From Girardia tigrina (taxonomy: Eukaryota), in NCBI GenBank assembly GCA_001938485.1, contig MQRK01223681.1, positions 1-55,130 of the forward strand: 55,130 bases of DNA. The letters are read 5' to 3'. Numbering within the stretch: the stretch's first letter is position 1; every line of letters begins with the position of its first letter. A program made the translations under genes and the position numbers. Of the stretch, positions 39,352 through 53,485 are shown piece by piece. The notes below the pieces were generated by a model. The model saw only the letters and a program-made list of their open reading frames with translations, did no database searches and was not told where the DNA came from.

Positions 39352-39881
39352 ATAGCTCCTCGTTGGAAAACCTTTTCAACATTTAATTCATACGTGGCAC
39401 CTGTTTCATAATAGGCACTCATTTTTAAATCTGTATCAAGTTTACGGGCTCTAGAATCATCGATGACTCTAGGAGTTGATTCATTTATGCAATCCTGTGT
39501 TCCACCAAGAATACATGAAAGTTCACCACCGATTGTGCTGTTTCCTCACTTGAAATGTTGCTCATGCAATTTATTAAGAACTTTTCGGCTTTCTTCTTTT
39601 TTTTAAACTGAACACAATTATCACACCGTCGGCCAAATTCGAAAACTGACAATCAAGTGGTTCAACACTTTCATCAAGAATCAACATCAAACAACCATCA
39701 TCATCGTCCAAGATCATTTCCTTCCCAAAACGGCCATCTCCGTCATTTTCAATTAGTGACGACTTTCCATTACAACTGGCACCAAGCTCTCCCAATCGTA
39801 TTTCATTTATTCCATAAATATGTGCCCATTCTCGATGTTTAATACAAGAACGAACACAAATTCGCCAATTTGATTAGACAT
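39352..39881 (-). pseudogene. AGAP: AGAP/centaurin-gamma GTPase-like domain pseudogene
   Basis: EWAHIYGINEIRLGELGASCNGKSSLI; GRFGKEMILD...LILDE...QFSNLADGVIIVFSL; [25 protein letters not shown]...[17 protein letters not shown], matching AGAP1 [47 protein letters not shown]. Frameshifts and deletions present. Confidence 0.92.
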
Positions 39882-41391
39882 TTTTGATTAAAAAATCATT
39901 CATAGAACAATTAAAAAAAATCAATATTGATCAAAAAAAATTACGATTGCTCCGAATTTTATTAAAAATCATTAAACGATTCACACGTATCATAAAATAA
40001 TTTTCAATAAACAAAAAAAAACAATCGATTTAAAAATCATCACAATTCAATTTTTTTAAATGAAATTTACCGAATTTTTCGCCCTTTAATTTTACAAAAA
40101 GTGATTGATTCAAACAAAAAGTCGACTGACTAAAAAAATTTCATACAACTTCAATGTCACCAAAAAACTCTACAATGAAACCATTTCTTTTTTTAAAAAT
40201 TCACAACAAATATCAATTAATTAAATTTTCTTTTTGTTTTGGCAAGATGCTTCTTCTTTTTTACGAATTTCGATTTATAAATGTCAATAAATTGAGCAAT
40301 TTTCACCGCTTCATCGATTGAAATTATTATTACAAAATAGACTACCGAATTAAAAAGATCGATTTAACGTTTAACGTTAAATGATCAATAATGCAGCTTG
40401 ATTGAGAATTTGAAATTGCGTTTGGAAAAATCACCGTTTTCGAACTTTTCAACAATTCGACTTTTTTATAGGAAAAGTCAAAACATCGCAAAACACCTCA
40501 CGACAGTCGATGAAACCCCGATTTTTTTTCTCAACCGAACACTAAACAGGAGTCCATGGAGTTAAAATTCCCAAATAAGGCAAGTACAAAGAAGCTATGA
40601 ACATCAACATTTTGTATCGAAAAATAAAATTGTAATTGCTAAACAAATAAATCGAGAAAAGCAAAGTGATAATATCACTTTATTAGAAAAGAAAGGAAAG
40701 AAGAAAAAGAGAAAAGACAAAAAAGAAAATAGAAAAAAAGGAATTGACGCTTTGAAGAATTTGGGAAGAAGATTACGGAAATAAATAATAATAACAACAT
40801 AAAATTAAGTATCCATATTTTTTTTTAAAAAAATCAACTTTAAAAAAAATCTTAAAATATAAATCTAATTATTGTTTCCTTTACGATTGTCTCCTTGGAC
40901 TATCAAAAAATGTTTTCATATCGAAAATTTTGGAAATAAATAAAATAAATTATTTGAAATATTAAAACAGTAATTTTTTAATTAAACAAAAATAAAATTA
41001 TTTCGATAAGATTATTTAGTTTAATCAGATAATTTGGACAATTTAATGTGTTTTGTTAACTGAAGTCAATAGGTTTTTTCATCTAAAAAATGAGTGACAG
41101 TGACGAGATCTTTTGTTTTAATTTTATTCTTTTTTTCATCATTTTATTTCTTAATTTTTCTCATTAATAATAAAAATCAAAAATAATAATAATAATATAT
41201 TCTCGAAAAAAAATCCTTGAAAAATCAAAAATAATATTATTAATGGACAATGATTTTGCAACCCTCTCATTTTTGAATTAATATTTTGACAAAATGTTTT
41301 TATATACATACTATTGAAAAGTTATACAGGTAGTGTAGTTTTAATGTTATATTTATTAAAAACAAAATTCATTCATTTAAAAATTTATTTA

Positions 41392-41612
41392 AAGAAAATA
41401 TTTTTCAACGGATCAACCGTTACCATCAGGTCAGTGATTAAAACTTTAATTTACCTGTAAATAATTACAAAAATAATGATTTTGTAATCAATCGCAAAAA
41501 AATCATGCTGATTCAAAATTCTCAATAAACTGGTAGAGACTGCTGCTTGAGCATTGATTTTAAGGTAACATAACCTAATTAACAATGTTTAACATCACAC
41601 TCTCTCCTAATA
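41392..41612 (-). mobile_element. PLE 3' end / pseudo-LTR copy
   Basis: Diverged direct repeat of 41860-42065; hammerhead-like CTGATGG-T-AACGG-TTGAT-CCGTT-GAAA. Confidence 0.8.
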
Positions 41613-41857
41613 ATTATATTTATGTCATATTTTTCTTGAAAGAAAGAAAATTGAAATATTTTTGAATTTCTGATCAAAATGCATACTTTTCAATTACATA
41701 CATCCTTTTGTCAGCAAATTTGTTTCACAGTTTTTGAATCCAGCAATACAAATGTCTACAATATATTAGAGGAAAAAAAATTGCAAATATTTTTAAAATT
41801 TGAAAACAGATGGCAATTTTTTATTAAAAACAAATAAACGCCATTTAAAAATATATT

Positions 41858-43362
41858 TTATGATAATATACGGTTTAACCGTCATCATCAGATCACTGAT
41901 TATGTTCTTTTTTATTGCTTTTATATAAGAAATGAATGATTATGCAATCACTTGCTTAAGTCTAATCGAAAACTCTTAACAAATTAGTTGAGAGTGCTGT
42001 TTGAACATTGATTTTAGGACCACATGATCTTATCAACAATTCTTCACATGACACTCTCTCCCAATAATTTTTAAAATGCTTGCACAAAATCTTAAAATCA
42101 TTTATGCTCATATTACATTTACACGTTTTTTATGCTCCGCAATATTACTCTTTCCCCCTTTTTGACTGTGTTCTTGGACTCGTTTGCAGAGATGACGGGC
42201 AGTCTCTCCGATGTATGTGGCATTGCACCCATTACATGTGTATTGATAAACAATGTCCGAACACACTCCTAAAGGAGTATGTGATTAATTGCAAAACATA
42301 TTCTCAACTTTAAATGATTGAGAAATAATTTTTAAATTTAAAATATTATTTGTTGATTTCAAGATCGAATTCTTGAGGTGTTTAAAACCCTAGGAGTAAG
42401 GTAAGCTTAGAGTATACCCAGGTGTAAAGCAGTTTTCAATGTTTAAACTATTAATTTGTTCATTATTGATTTTTTCTTTTTCAATTATTTTATCTACAGT
42501 CTCACGAGTGACCGTTATTATTCAATAACTTGCTCAATGTATCAATACTTTTAATAGATTTTGAAAACGTGGAAGAAAGAGACTAAGAGCGGTATAACAA
42601 ACCTTTGATCATATTCTTTTTATATTTAAATTCACAAAAACTGTTTATGGAGGTGTACAAACCAGTATCAGTTTTCTTTCGATATATTTCAGTTTCATAA
42701 TGATCATTTTTCCTTTCAATTAACAAATCAAGGAATGGTAATTTTCCGTTTATTTCCTGTTCTACTGTAAAGATTATATTTGGATGAATCGAATTCATGT
42801 AATATAGAAAAGGAAAAACATGTTCTCGAGATTCAAAAACTAGAAAGATATCATCCACATATCTCTTATAAAGTAATGGTTTTTTCCCCAAAAACAATTC
42901 TATTTTTTCTTCAATGGAAGAAAGAAATATAGAGGCTAACATTGGAGCCAATGGTGAACCCATTGCAACCCTATCTATTTGTTTGTACCATTCACCATTA
43001 AATAGAAAATGGACATTTGAAGTAGCAAATGTTAAGAGTTTTCGAAAAGCAACTCCATCTAAATCAGAATTGTCCAGATTATTCTTACGCCAAAGTTCAC
43101 AACAAATTTCGATGGTTCCTGTAACGGAACATTAATAAATAGACTCGATACATCAAAGGAAACCATAAAATCATTTTCAAAATTAGCAATGGAATTCACA
43201 AACTCAAAACTGTCATTACAAATAAAATCATTAGGAATGAAAGATTTTATCTTCTTATCTAGATATTTAGCAATATTGTACTGAGACGTACGGATCATAG
43301 ATAGAACCGGTCGCATTGAAACTTCATCTTTATGTACTTTAGGAAGACCGTATAATTTTGCT
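41858..43362 (-). mobile_element. Penelope-like retroelement, 5'-truncated (RT plus GIY-YIG pseudogene)
   Basis: LYGLPKVHK..MRPVLS, SFDVSSLF.NVP, VAMGSPLAP, RYVDDIF, LPFLDL, IYRKKTDTGLY; GIY-YIG and EELLI...PKINVQ; hammerhead remnant near 41860-41895. Confidence 0.95.
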
Positions 43363-46065
43363 GTTAATTTTTAAAATAATAATAAGTAATTTTTTTTGTG
43401 TATAATTTTTAAAATTGGTGGTAAAATTTTTAATTTTTATAGACATTGGAATTTACTTTTTCATTATTGTGCCACCAAATTATACTGTCGGCGGCCCCAT
43501 GTTTGAGAATCGCAGGGATTATTTTCTAGAATTTAAATAATTGTGTACATTTTTAATGACGAATTTTTATACACTTTAAAATATATTTATTTTATATTAT
43601 TATTTTTTAAGAACATTTCTTACGTATTTCTTTCGTCAGTTTTTATTATTATTAAACAACTCGATGATGATATACTAGTAAAAAAATATTATTATGCGTA
43701 CGTAACACTTAACTACCGACTTAAAATGAATATCTTGTTTCATGAATCATATCTGTTAGTCGCGTTTATGCCATTTTCAATGCCAGTAAGTTCGCAATTC
43801 ATATTCAACACGAAAATTTAATAATATAACAAACACAGATTTTCAAACAAATTTTCGTTAACTAAATTTTCCATTTCGCCAAAACTTTAATTAATTTTGT
43901 TTAAATTATTAAGTTATTTTTTATTTTTATCAATTTACTTTATAATATTCTGTATCATTTTTTGAAATTTTTTAATCAAACTTTTTATTTTTAAAACTTA
44001 TTTATGAAAAATATTCTAATTACAAATAAAATTAATTTATTTAATTTATACAAAACCCTAATTTTCAAATTATTTTGTAAAATTTTTTAATACAATTTTA
44101 ATTTCTTTAAAAATAATTTCGTTGTAGTCATTTATTATAAGTTTACTTTATAAATTTTATTTCGTTTATTATTTATTTAAAATTCTTATTTTAAAACTTT
44201 TACTGATTATTTCTTTATCAAAATATATTGATTTTATTTAATGGAAGCCTTTTCTAGTTTTTATACTCTTTTTTTTGTTTTATATAATTATTTAATTTTT
44301 GTTTAAAAATTTAAATTAAAAAAATATTAATTATTCGGTGAATTGAAAATTTTTACTAACTCATAATATATCAAATTCGAAAACAATTTTTAAAATATTA
44401 AATACATTCGTTTAATTCATCATTTTGACAGATTGTTATTTCTAATGTTAAGTTTTTAGTTTTTTTATTCAAATGATTTAAATAAAACAGAGAATCAGAT
44501 ATTTTTAAAATATTCTAAAGATATTTTTGTGATTTTTGAAAATTATCAATCAAACTGAAGTTTTGAACTGACCCTTTCAAAGGTTCTGATTTCCTGAGAT
44601 TAGGATTTTTTAGTTCTATTTTTTTAAGAAATGAATATCCCGCTTGTAATAACTTGATTGCAAGGATCGATAAAGCATTTTGGAAGCCATTTTTTAGGTA
44701 TTTAAAAGCATTGAAAGGATCACTTTTTCGAATAAGTTACAAAAACTGACTTTGAAAAGAGTAGAAAACTAATACCACTTGGAAATGGAAATAAAAATGT
44801 GAATAAACTTCAAACAGAAAACATCTCATTAAAGTGTGAGAATATTCGAACAAAAGATTTATAACCAAAGAATGAATTCAACCCACAGTACTTTTAACTC
44901 AGTCAGCTTCCAGAAGTGTTTTTAATATTAGCATATTTTTTTTTATTTCTTGGTATTTACATGTCTTTATTTTTCTAATTTGTGTTGATATAATATTTAA
45001 ATATAAATAAATATAATATTTATCTCTAAAAACTTAAAGTTAATTAAATATTTATGGACAAATGCGTTATTTTTCACTTATATTTTAAACCCTAAAAAAA
45101 TAAAAATAAAATAATAAAATTCTTAATAATTGAGCTGTTACAGATGACATATTTTAAAGATACATCTCAATATTATACAATATTAGATCCTACATCCACC
45201 GGAGATCAATTGTACCTCTTTGGGACTTTTATAATCCTGATTCGGGCTTCATCATCCTCTTTCTCGATAAATATAAACTTCACATTCGGCAACCGGATGA
45301 AACATATGAGGAAAAGACTCTATATTCATAAGTAATAGTCAAATTTATTATATTGTTCAACCAGATTTGTCGAAATATATTAATTTTAATTAATTTACTA
45401 ATAAATTGTTTTAGTTTTATTGAAACTTCGATTAAAAATAAATAATATTCATATCAAAGAAATAAATATGGTATGTATTGATGCATTTAGTTAACATCAC
45501 TTTAGAGAACGTCGTAAGTCAATCAAGCGCCTGACACAGTAAGACTCCATAAACAATGTGACCCCGAGTCTCAAGGAAACCAGTATCAAAATTAGTCACT
45601 GAAAATTTATTTATACTTAATGCAATTTAATTATATTAATTAATGAATTCGACATTTTTCAAATCAAGTGAAGCGAAGAACAAAATCTGGTACACAATTC
45701 AAAGTACACTTGTTAGGCTTGAAATGAGTCGTCAATAAAGATTAGATGAAGTCACTAAACCGGGTAAACAGATAATACAACGAATTTGAACGAAATAAAA
45801 AGGAAAATTATGAAATATTAGAAATAAAATCGTTCTAACGTCACTTTGCTTCGCTGGGTTCATTAGTTCGCTNNNNNNNNNNNNNNNNNNNNNNNNNNNN
45901 NNNNNNNNNNNNNNNNNNNNNNNNNNNNNNNNNNNNNNNNNNNNNNNNNNNNNNNNNNNNNNNNNNNNNNNNNNNNNNNNNNNNNNNNNNNNNNNNNNNN
46001 NNNNNNNNNNNNNNNNNNNNNNNNNNNNNNNNNNNNNNNNNNNNNNNNNNNNNNNNNNNNNNNNN

Positions 46066-46114
<49 letters not shown>

Positions 46115-46139
46115 AGTTATAATTTTACTTTTTTACAAA

Positions 46140-47010
46140 AATTTAATTTAAGATTTTATTGGATAATAATTGGGAAATGTTTAACAAATTTTCATTAAAG
46201 ATTTTAAGATTTGAAACGGGTTTACTTTGTCCATTTTGAATGTTTATTAATGGGTGGTAGTGTGTTATTAATAATGACTCACTAAACTGCGGCTCATAGT
46301 GTAAATCAAAGCACTTCTGTAAAGCAGGAAATTCATCCTTTAAAATAGAAGAGATTATAATTTTACAATGTTGCCAGTGATCTCCAATATTTTTATTGGA
46401 GGTGTACATCGAATACAAATGCCTAGTGAGCCATTTTTGGTAAGCAGAACTGGCGATGTGGGATGAACCAAACATCCGATTGTAAATGCTCAGTAATCCG
46501 GGTTTTGAGATGACGATTTTTGGTGTCCTTGAAATCATTTTAACACTACCTTTATTCTTGCAAATACTCTTCTTAATCGCTTTAAATCATACAAAATCCA
46601 TAAATTTAAAAAAATAATTTTGTTAAATTTTTCCATCATCTGCAATTATAATTTAATATTTGTAAGTTTTAATATTAGTTTTATGAAAAGTTAGTTTTAA
46701 GAGAATGCTGTCATTTTATTTAAGAAAGTGTACATTGTAGAGACAAATCGTCTTCTCATAATCCGGGTTATTGAACATTCACAAACGAGTAGATCAACAC
46801 AACAATTTTAACAACATTCAATCGGACAATTGTTTTGGATTTAAAAATTATACGACAAATCGTCAAATTATCTAAGTGTACTAAAATTGTGATATAAAAT
46901 ACAACTTTTAAATCAGTAACTAAAATGGAGTTTCGGTTATGTGATGTTGGCAAATCACCTTTTTTCTGTATTTCGCGAAAGACGTTAATTAAATCAACAT
47001 TTTTATCAAG
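46140..47010 (-). mobile_element. PLE remnant (GIY-YIG C-terminus)
   Basis: SAYQKWLTRHL...ESLLITHYHPLINIQ. Confidence 0.65.
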
Positions 47011-47029
47011 TGGTCAAGAACCTCGAGGA

Positions 47030-49990
47030 TCGTCCACTTAAGAAAATACTCTCTTATCTCGAGGATAGGGCCTGAGTGCGAGCAAATTGAAGTTATATTG
47101 TTTTCACGAAATCTCAGCATCAAATTAGGGAATACTATTTAGCAGTCTTCATCAGGTACACTGACAGGCACAGGCCTATCCTGTTCCGCGTTCAAGTTAA
47201 AGGCCCAGTACATCTTTCTACTTATGCTCTTTGTTCTACTGGATGTTCGTAGTACTATTATCTTGGATTTGATGATCAATTAGTAAATGCAGTTCTAACC
47301 ATCCATTAGTTTTATAATTTTTGTGGTAGTTCTGCATGGGACATATGAATGAACCATCATCTCTCTGGGCCGTCGCGCCGTGACCAAAGGCACATTCTTT
47401 ACGTATCTTGTGAGTTCCTTCTGCTCAGCAAATTCTTTAAAGCAAAAAGGGAATGTGCAATCTAATAGTTTGATGCACGGCTGAAGCATTTTCGGATATT
47501 CCTTCTCGTGCTCGACTATCTCTTTCAGTCGCTCAGATATAGTTCCTTCAATCAGGTGTTTTTTATTTCTCATCATTTTTGAGAAACCCTATTTCGCTGA
47601 GACTTTCCCTGTATTCTGCCAAATCTGCCGGATTGTTGAATATCCAGAGAACATAGCGAGCAATACGTTCTCTCATTAGTTGTTTTTACGGTCACTAATT
47701 CTTTGATTTTCTGAAGTGATCTCAGTGTTTACAAAACCCATACTAAACGAACTTAGTCTCACCCTTCCTTGAATTGTATTTATAGAATACTATGCGCAGT
47801 CAGTCTAATCATCTTGTCGTTTTTCAGGATCCTGTCGAGTTTGGTCTTTTTAAGAGCTGTTCTAGTCCAGCAATTATGGAAGGCTTGTAACCGTAAAACT
47901 TCATTCTAAGGCGTTGCCCGGAATTCACTACCATAATGGACCTTATGGAGAATACTAGTCTCAATCAGTTTTCACTTTAATACTATTTGGACGCGGTTAC
48001 TCTGAATCGGAGGTTGAAATTCTTTTGATTTCCACGTTCCATTTCGAAATCGTTGACTAATATCCCGGTTTCAGCTACCACTAGTGGTCAATATAATTCC
48101 AAGATAACAGAATGCTTTCACCTATTCCATGACTTTCTCACCACATTTTCCAGATATTACAGAGTCAGATTTTTCAGTAAAGCACAAGAATTTTGTCTTA
48201 ATAGCACTTATTGTCTGTTCAAACTCCAGAAATGTGCTTATTAGTATATTCAGGTTTTTACAGGCTTGATTAATATCAGATTCGATGGTAAAGAAGTCAT
48301 CTACATATGCAAGTCAGTTCACTTGAAATTCAATGCCTTGCTCATTGATTAGGGTGACAACTCGCGAATCCTTTCAGTATAGCCGTTTCGATCACTTCAT
48401 CGTGGATCAAGTTGAAAAAACTCGGTCTCATCAGTCATCCCTGTCTAACACCTCTTTCCAAGGGAAAATCACTGTTTCCTACAGTTACAATAAAATTCTC
48501 ATGAAATGCTTTGATAAGACAGAGAATCTTGTCGGTTAAGTCGAATCGTTTCAGGCAAGTCCACAGAACTTCGCACAGGACACTGTCAAATGCTTTTTCC
48601 AAAGCAATGAAGATCACATATATCTTCTGGTTTCTGTATCGACCTTCTACTTGTATACGTGTGAGAGTATACTAATAGCCTGCAACGTACCTCTATTCGG
48701 CCTAAAACCAATTTGACAGGAATCTAGTGCTTCTTCCATCATTGGTAAGATTCTATTTACGATGATTCATATAAAAACCAGACAATTAACTTCTAAGAGA
48801 AAGATACCCCTATATTTTTTCGGGTTGAATTGTGAAGAATATTTTAAATTGTTTGAATGTGCGAATGCATTGATGTTGTGTGTTTATTTGAGTATGCTGA
48901 ACTTAAAATGGTGATTCTCCCTCCCCAGATGGACATTGGGATTTTTTAAATTTAAAGTGATTAACTATTCGAACATAATTAAAATAATAATTTGAAAATT
49001 TTATACTTTTTAAATTAACAATTAAAATTATGTTTAATATTTTTTAAGTAACGAAAAACATTTAATCAGATACAAATAAAATTAATAAAATTAAATCTAA
49101 ATTCATTATTAATAATTTGGTGACATATTTATTATTTTGGGTTTTTATTAAGAAATGGTTTAAATTATTATTTTTAGGAATTAAAAATTTTAAAAAGATT
49201 TAGAAAAATTGTTCGAAAATTAATGATTAAAAACAGAAATAAAAAAACCAATTAGAACGATGTCAAACAGTGAAAGATCTTTTGAGAGTTGTGATGACTC
49301 TAAATGTGATTGTAATAAAAATTCAAATAAAAATAGTCTCAATGTTTTTAATACCGATCTTGTACATTTTCCTTTGAAAAGTGTCACCGCTTTATCAGTC
49401 GTCCAAGCCGGTGGAAATTTATGAAGACCAATCAATATCAATTCAAAGTCAACCTTTAGTTTGTTAGCAAGTGGTTTCCCGTCCCACTTCAGAACTTCAG
49501 CAATCACTTCCTTCGATCTGGGAACCTTCCAATTACTCAGCTGCGATATAGCAAGCTTTATTCAGCCTCGACAGGAGAATCCACACAAACATATCATTAT
49601 CCAGGGTATAGAGTCCTATTTACCCACTTGACGAGTGGGTGAGCATTGGAAAGCTTTTGATAGTGACCAGCCATGAGCTCATTGGACATAGAAGGTACCA
49701 ATATAAACAGCATGTACACGTTTGCATCCGGATTTCCTAAGATAAGCAGTTCAAGATAGTACGTACCATTTTCCTTGAAATTATCAGCGTTTAAGGACCC
49801 TTCAATCATATTGCTAAGATCAATCAACCTTTCCCGCATCAACCATAATATCACCTCAAAACATATTTGAGCAATAAAATGTCGACGGGCTATTCCATAT
49901 TGCAAATGTTTAAACGAGTCATTTTGTTTTTTTTTCACTCAATATGCGTGATAGCAATTTCTGAAGCTTTAGCGTAAATCTAATATCATA
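47030..49990 (-). mobile_element. RTE-clade LINE, degenerate, split by a solo-LTR-like element
   Basis: VTLFKGK..R|..PKKYRGIFLL, FIALEKAFDSV, GVRQG, LAYVDD. Confidence 0.88.
48831..49353 (+). mobile_element. Solo-LTR-like element, copy 9
   Basis: tgtgaagaata...cccagatgg...gtttttaata; similar to copy 2; TSD not recognisable. Confidence 0.88.
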
Positions 49991-50046
49991 ACATTTTTAT
50001 ACTTTCCCGATTTCTTTACTGTTGCTTGTATATTTTTGTTGGTGTA

Positions 50047-51173
50047 TTAGGTGACTTGATGAGACTTTCAAAAACGAAATAAAATAAAGACTTTCTTTTA
50101 TGAAAATATTGTATTGTTATTCACAAATTATACACAAAATGATATAAACTTTTAAAAGGACTTAGCTTATTGATGAATTTATATTTTGGGTAATGGGACA
50201 ACAAAGTTTTGTTTATCCCTAATTATTTTAAAATTATATAAAAAATATATTAATGAAAAATATATAATTTATATTTAGGNNNNNNNNNNNNNNNNNNNNN
50301 NNNNNNNNNNNNNNNNNNNNNNNNNNNNNNNNNNNNNNNNNNNNNNNNNNNNNNNNNNNNNNNNNNNNNNNNNNNNNNNNNNNNNNNNNNNNNNNNNNNN
50401 NNNNNNNNNNNNNNNNNNNNNNNNNNNNNNNNNNNNNNNNNNNNNNNNNNNNNNNNNNNNNNNNNNNNNNNNNNNNNNNNNNNNNNNNNNNNNNNNNNNN
50501 NNNNNNNNNNNNNNNNNNNNNNNNNNNNNNNNNNNNNNNNNNNNNNNNNNNNNNNNNNNNNNNNNNNNNNNNNNNNNNNNNNNNNNNNNNNNNNNNNNNN
50601 NNNNNNNNNNNNNNNNNNNNNNNNNNNNNNNNNNNNNNNNNNNNNNNNNNNNNNNNNNNNNNNNNNNNNNNNNNNNNNNNNNNNNNNNNNNNNNNNNNNN
50701 NNNNNNTAAATTAATATTTAATATTGTAAAAAGATAAATAATTCTTATTTTATCTTGTTGATTTGAACAACTAATTTATTTTTATACTTTTATTATTTAT
50801 GCATTACCTATACTCAACATTTTCATATAAAGAATTACGAATGTCTTCATCTTGAAATCCCGATGGACACATTGAGCGTAATTTTTTTTCAAGGTTTTCG
50901 TTTCCAGATTTAAAGCCAAGAAACCTGAAACGAGCAACTGTTACATGGCCTTCAATAAAACAATTTAAACTATTTTTAAATTCATATAACAAAATAATAC
51001 AAATCTAAAACCTTGAGAACTATTCAATAATGAATTCACGCTTTTATTCGAAATTTCCTTCATCCAAACAAGCAAACCCAAAGCTTTCGAAAACAATATA
51101 AAATAAAAATTTAAGAAAAAAATTAAAATTAAAGGAACAGAAAAATTTTTCTTTACTTTTCTTCAATACCTAA
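50047..51173 (-). mobile_element. Mariner remnant spanning a gap
   Basis: TA|ttaggtg TIR-like end at ~50045; MLYEFK...FKSGNENLE N-terminus at 50804-50992. Right boundary approximate. Confidence 0.65.
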
Positions 51174-52559
51174 GATTAAATTATAGAACTTCTAATAGTT
51201 TGTTATATTTTTTGTGAATTATTTAAAAAAAGTATTATTAAATTTCTTTTGTTGAAAGAAGTTACTCTTTTTCTTCGGTCACTTTCTATTTTATTATGTA
51301 CAGAAATGAATAAAAAAGATTCTTTTTCGTCTTAAAACGACTTATTAATGTATTTAAAATATGATCTCACAGAGTTTCTCTCCCTCAAATTATTTATTAT
51401 TTTAATAAATTTATTTGTTCATTATTCTTTGTCTAAAGCTATGTTCATTATTTTTCAAAAATTAAGTGATGTTAATCGGTTTTGATTGAAAAACAATGAA
51501 GTTAAAAAAAATTTTTTTTCACGTTAAAAGCACGACGCAACATCAAATGAAGGAAGTTCTTTTAGTAATATTAAATTAAGAAAAAATCAACTTTCATTTA
51601 ATTGTTAAAGTAAAATGTCTTCATCATTAAAAATCGAGGGACAGTTAAAATAAACGGTAAAAGTTAAAGCAAAGTCACGGTTGCTTTCCTCTTTTTCTGT
51701 TGACCATCTTAAGTTTAAAGATTTTTAAATTTGAGGTTTAATTTGCAATTAAAATTGTGTTTTTTTCTCGGTTGTTTTCCGATAAAAACTCAAATGAAGA
51801 CATTTTTAAAACTTTTATTTTAATAACAACAATAAAACAATATTTAAACAAGTTTTGTTTAATTACATTTCTGAGGAATACCTTTTCATTTTTCTTGCAC
51901 AAAACAACAAATATCAAAATAAATTTTAAATATAAATATATAATTTAATTAAATGTAAATTTTATTATGTTTGAAGTATTGTATTTTGTATTTTTAAAAC
52001 TGTAATAACTTATTAAAATCTATTTTTGAATATTTTTTATCTCTTTAATTCTACATATATTAATATTTAATATGAGATTTATTTGTATTTTAAATATTGT
52101 ATTTAATTTGTAAAAATTTGTTAAATTCTTTAAATATTTTTAAATTCTTATTTTTAACTTCGTTCTTAAGTCTATTTAGTTTTAAAATTTTATTACTTTA
52201 AATTTTATGTAAAACATTTCTTTTTAAATATTATTAATATTGTCATTTGATTTGTAAACTTTAGATCACATTTATTGTCTTTAATTATTTTACAATAACT
52301 TCTATTTTTTAGTTTTATAATTTAATATTAATTTATTCTTTTAACACACAGAGGACAAATCATAAAACCAATCAAATTTCATTTTCTCCATTATACTACA
52401 TACTTCATTGGATACAATCACTCACAGACAACACGTACACACATGAACAATTGATACATACACACATAATTTTCAAAAAACAAATTTTTAAATAATTGTG
52501 AATAAATTGAAAAAAAATTGGCAGATTATTAAAATCAAAATTCGAAAGCCAATTGAAAA

Positions 52560-52600
52560 TATTTATTAATTTCGACGGTTTAACCGTCATCGTCAGAACA
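52560..52600 (-). ncRNA. Minimal type-I hammerhead ribozyme
   Basis: UGUU CUGACGA U GACGG UUAAA CCGUC GAAA UUAA UA AAUA: intact core, 5-bp stem II, palindromic loop III, 4-bp stem I. Confidence 0.85.
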
Positions 52601-53444
52601 AATGATTTTTTAAACGAAATTTACTTATATAGTTCAGTTAATGATTATGCAATTAATACGTAATCAGTACATCATTTAAAAACTCTCAACAAAGTTGTAG
52701 AGAGTGCAGTTTGAACGTTAATTTTAGGATCCAAAGATCTTATATATAACGCTTCACATGTCACTCTCTACCAATATTTTTTTTTTAAATTGAATGCACA
52801 GAATTTTAAAGTGTTGTGAAGTTATATCTCCTCTACAATGTCTTCTATGTCCTGCAATGTTACTTCCACCTTCATTGCGACTGTGTTCCTGGATTCTCTT
52901 ACAGAGATGACGCGAAGTCTCTCCAATGTATGTGGCGTTACACCCATTATATGTATATTGGTAAATGAGATCCGAACACAATCCCAATGGCGTTGGAGAT
53001 TTATTGCCAAACATGCTTTCAATTTTCTGAGTGCGGGATATTACTTTTAAACTTAAATTTAAAAACACCAAACAATTTCCGCAAATTAGACAACTTTTTA
53101 ATCTGTGCACTAATTTTATCATTAATGGTTTTATTAGAAGAATTTTCAGACATACTTATACATAATTGATAACAAAAATCACCACTTACATTATTAAGGA
53201 GGTTTCGATTGATTGTCAGATGTTTGATAATTTCGTTTCGTCTTTGCTTTTTTTTCCAACATTCTTCTCAGGATCTTGTGCTGAATTTTCCGAACTTCTT
53301 AATTCTCTAGGCATTCATGAAATTTCTTCTTAAATATGAAAGAAGGAATAATCCTCTCTCCTCGATACATGTCTCCAAAAAACTAATAATGATTACATAA
53401 TCATTAACTGCACTATATGAGTAAATTTCGTTTGAAAAATCATT

Positions 53445-53485
53445 TGTTCTGACGATGACGATTAAACCGTCGAAATTAATAAATA
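53445..53485 (+). ncRNA. Minimal type-I hammerhead ribozyme (inverted copy)
   Basis: Same motif with one stem-II mismatch (GACGA/CCGTC). Confidence 0.8.
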
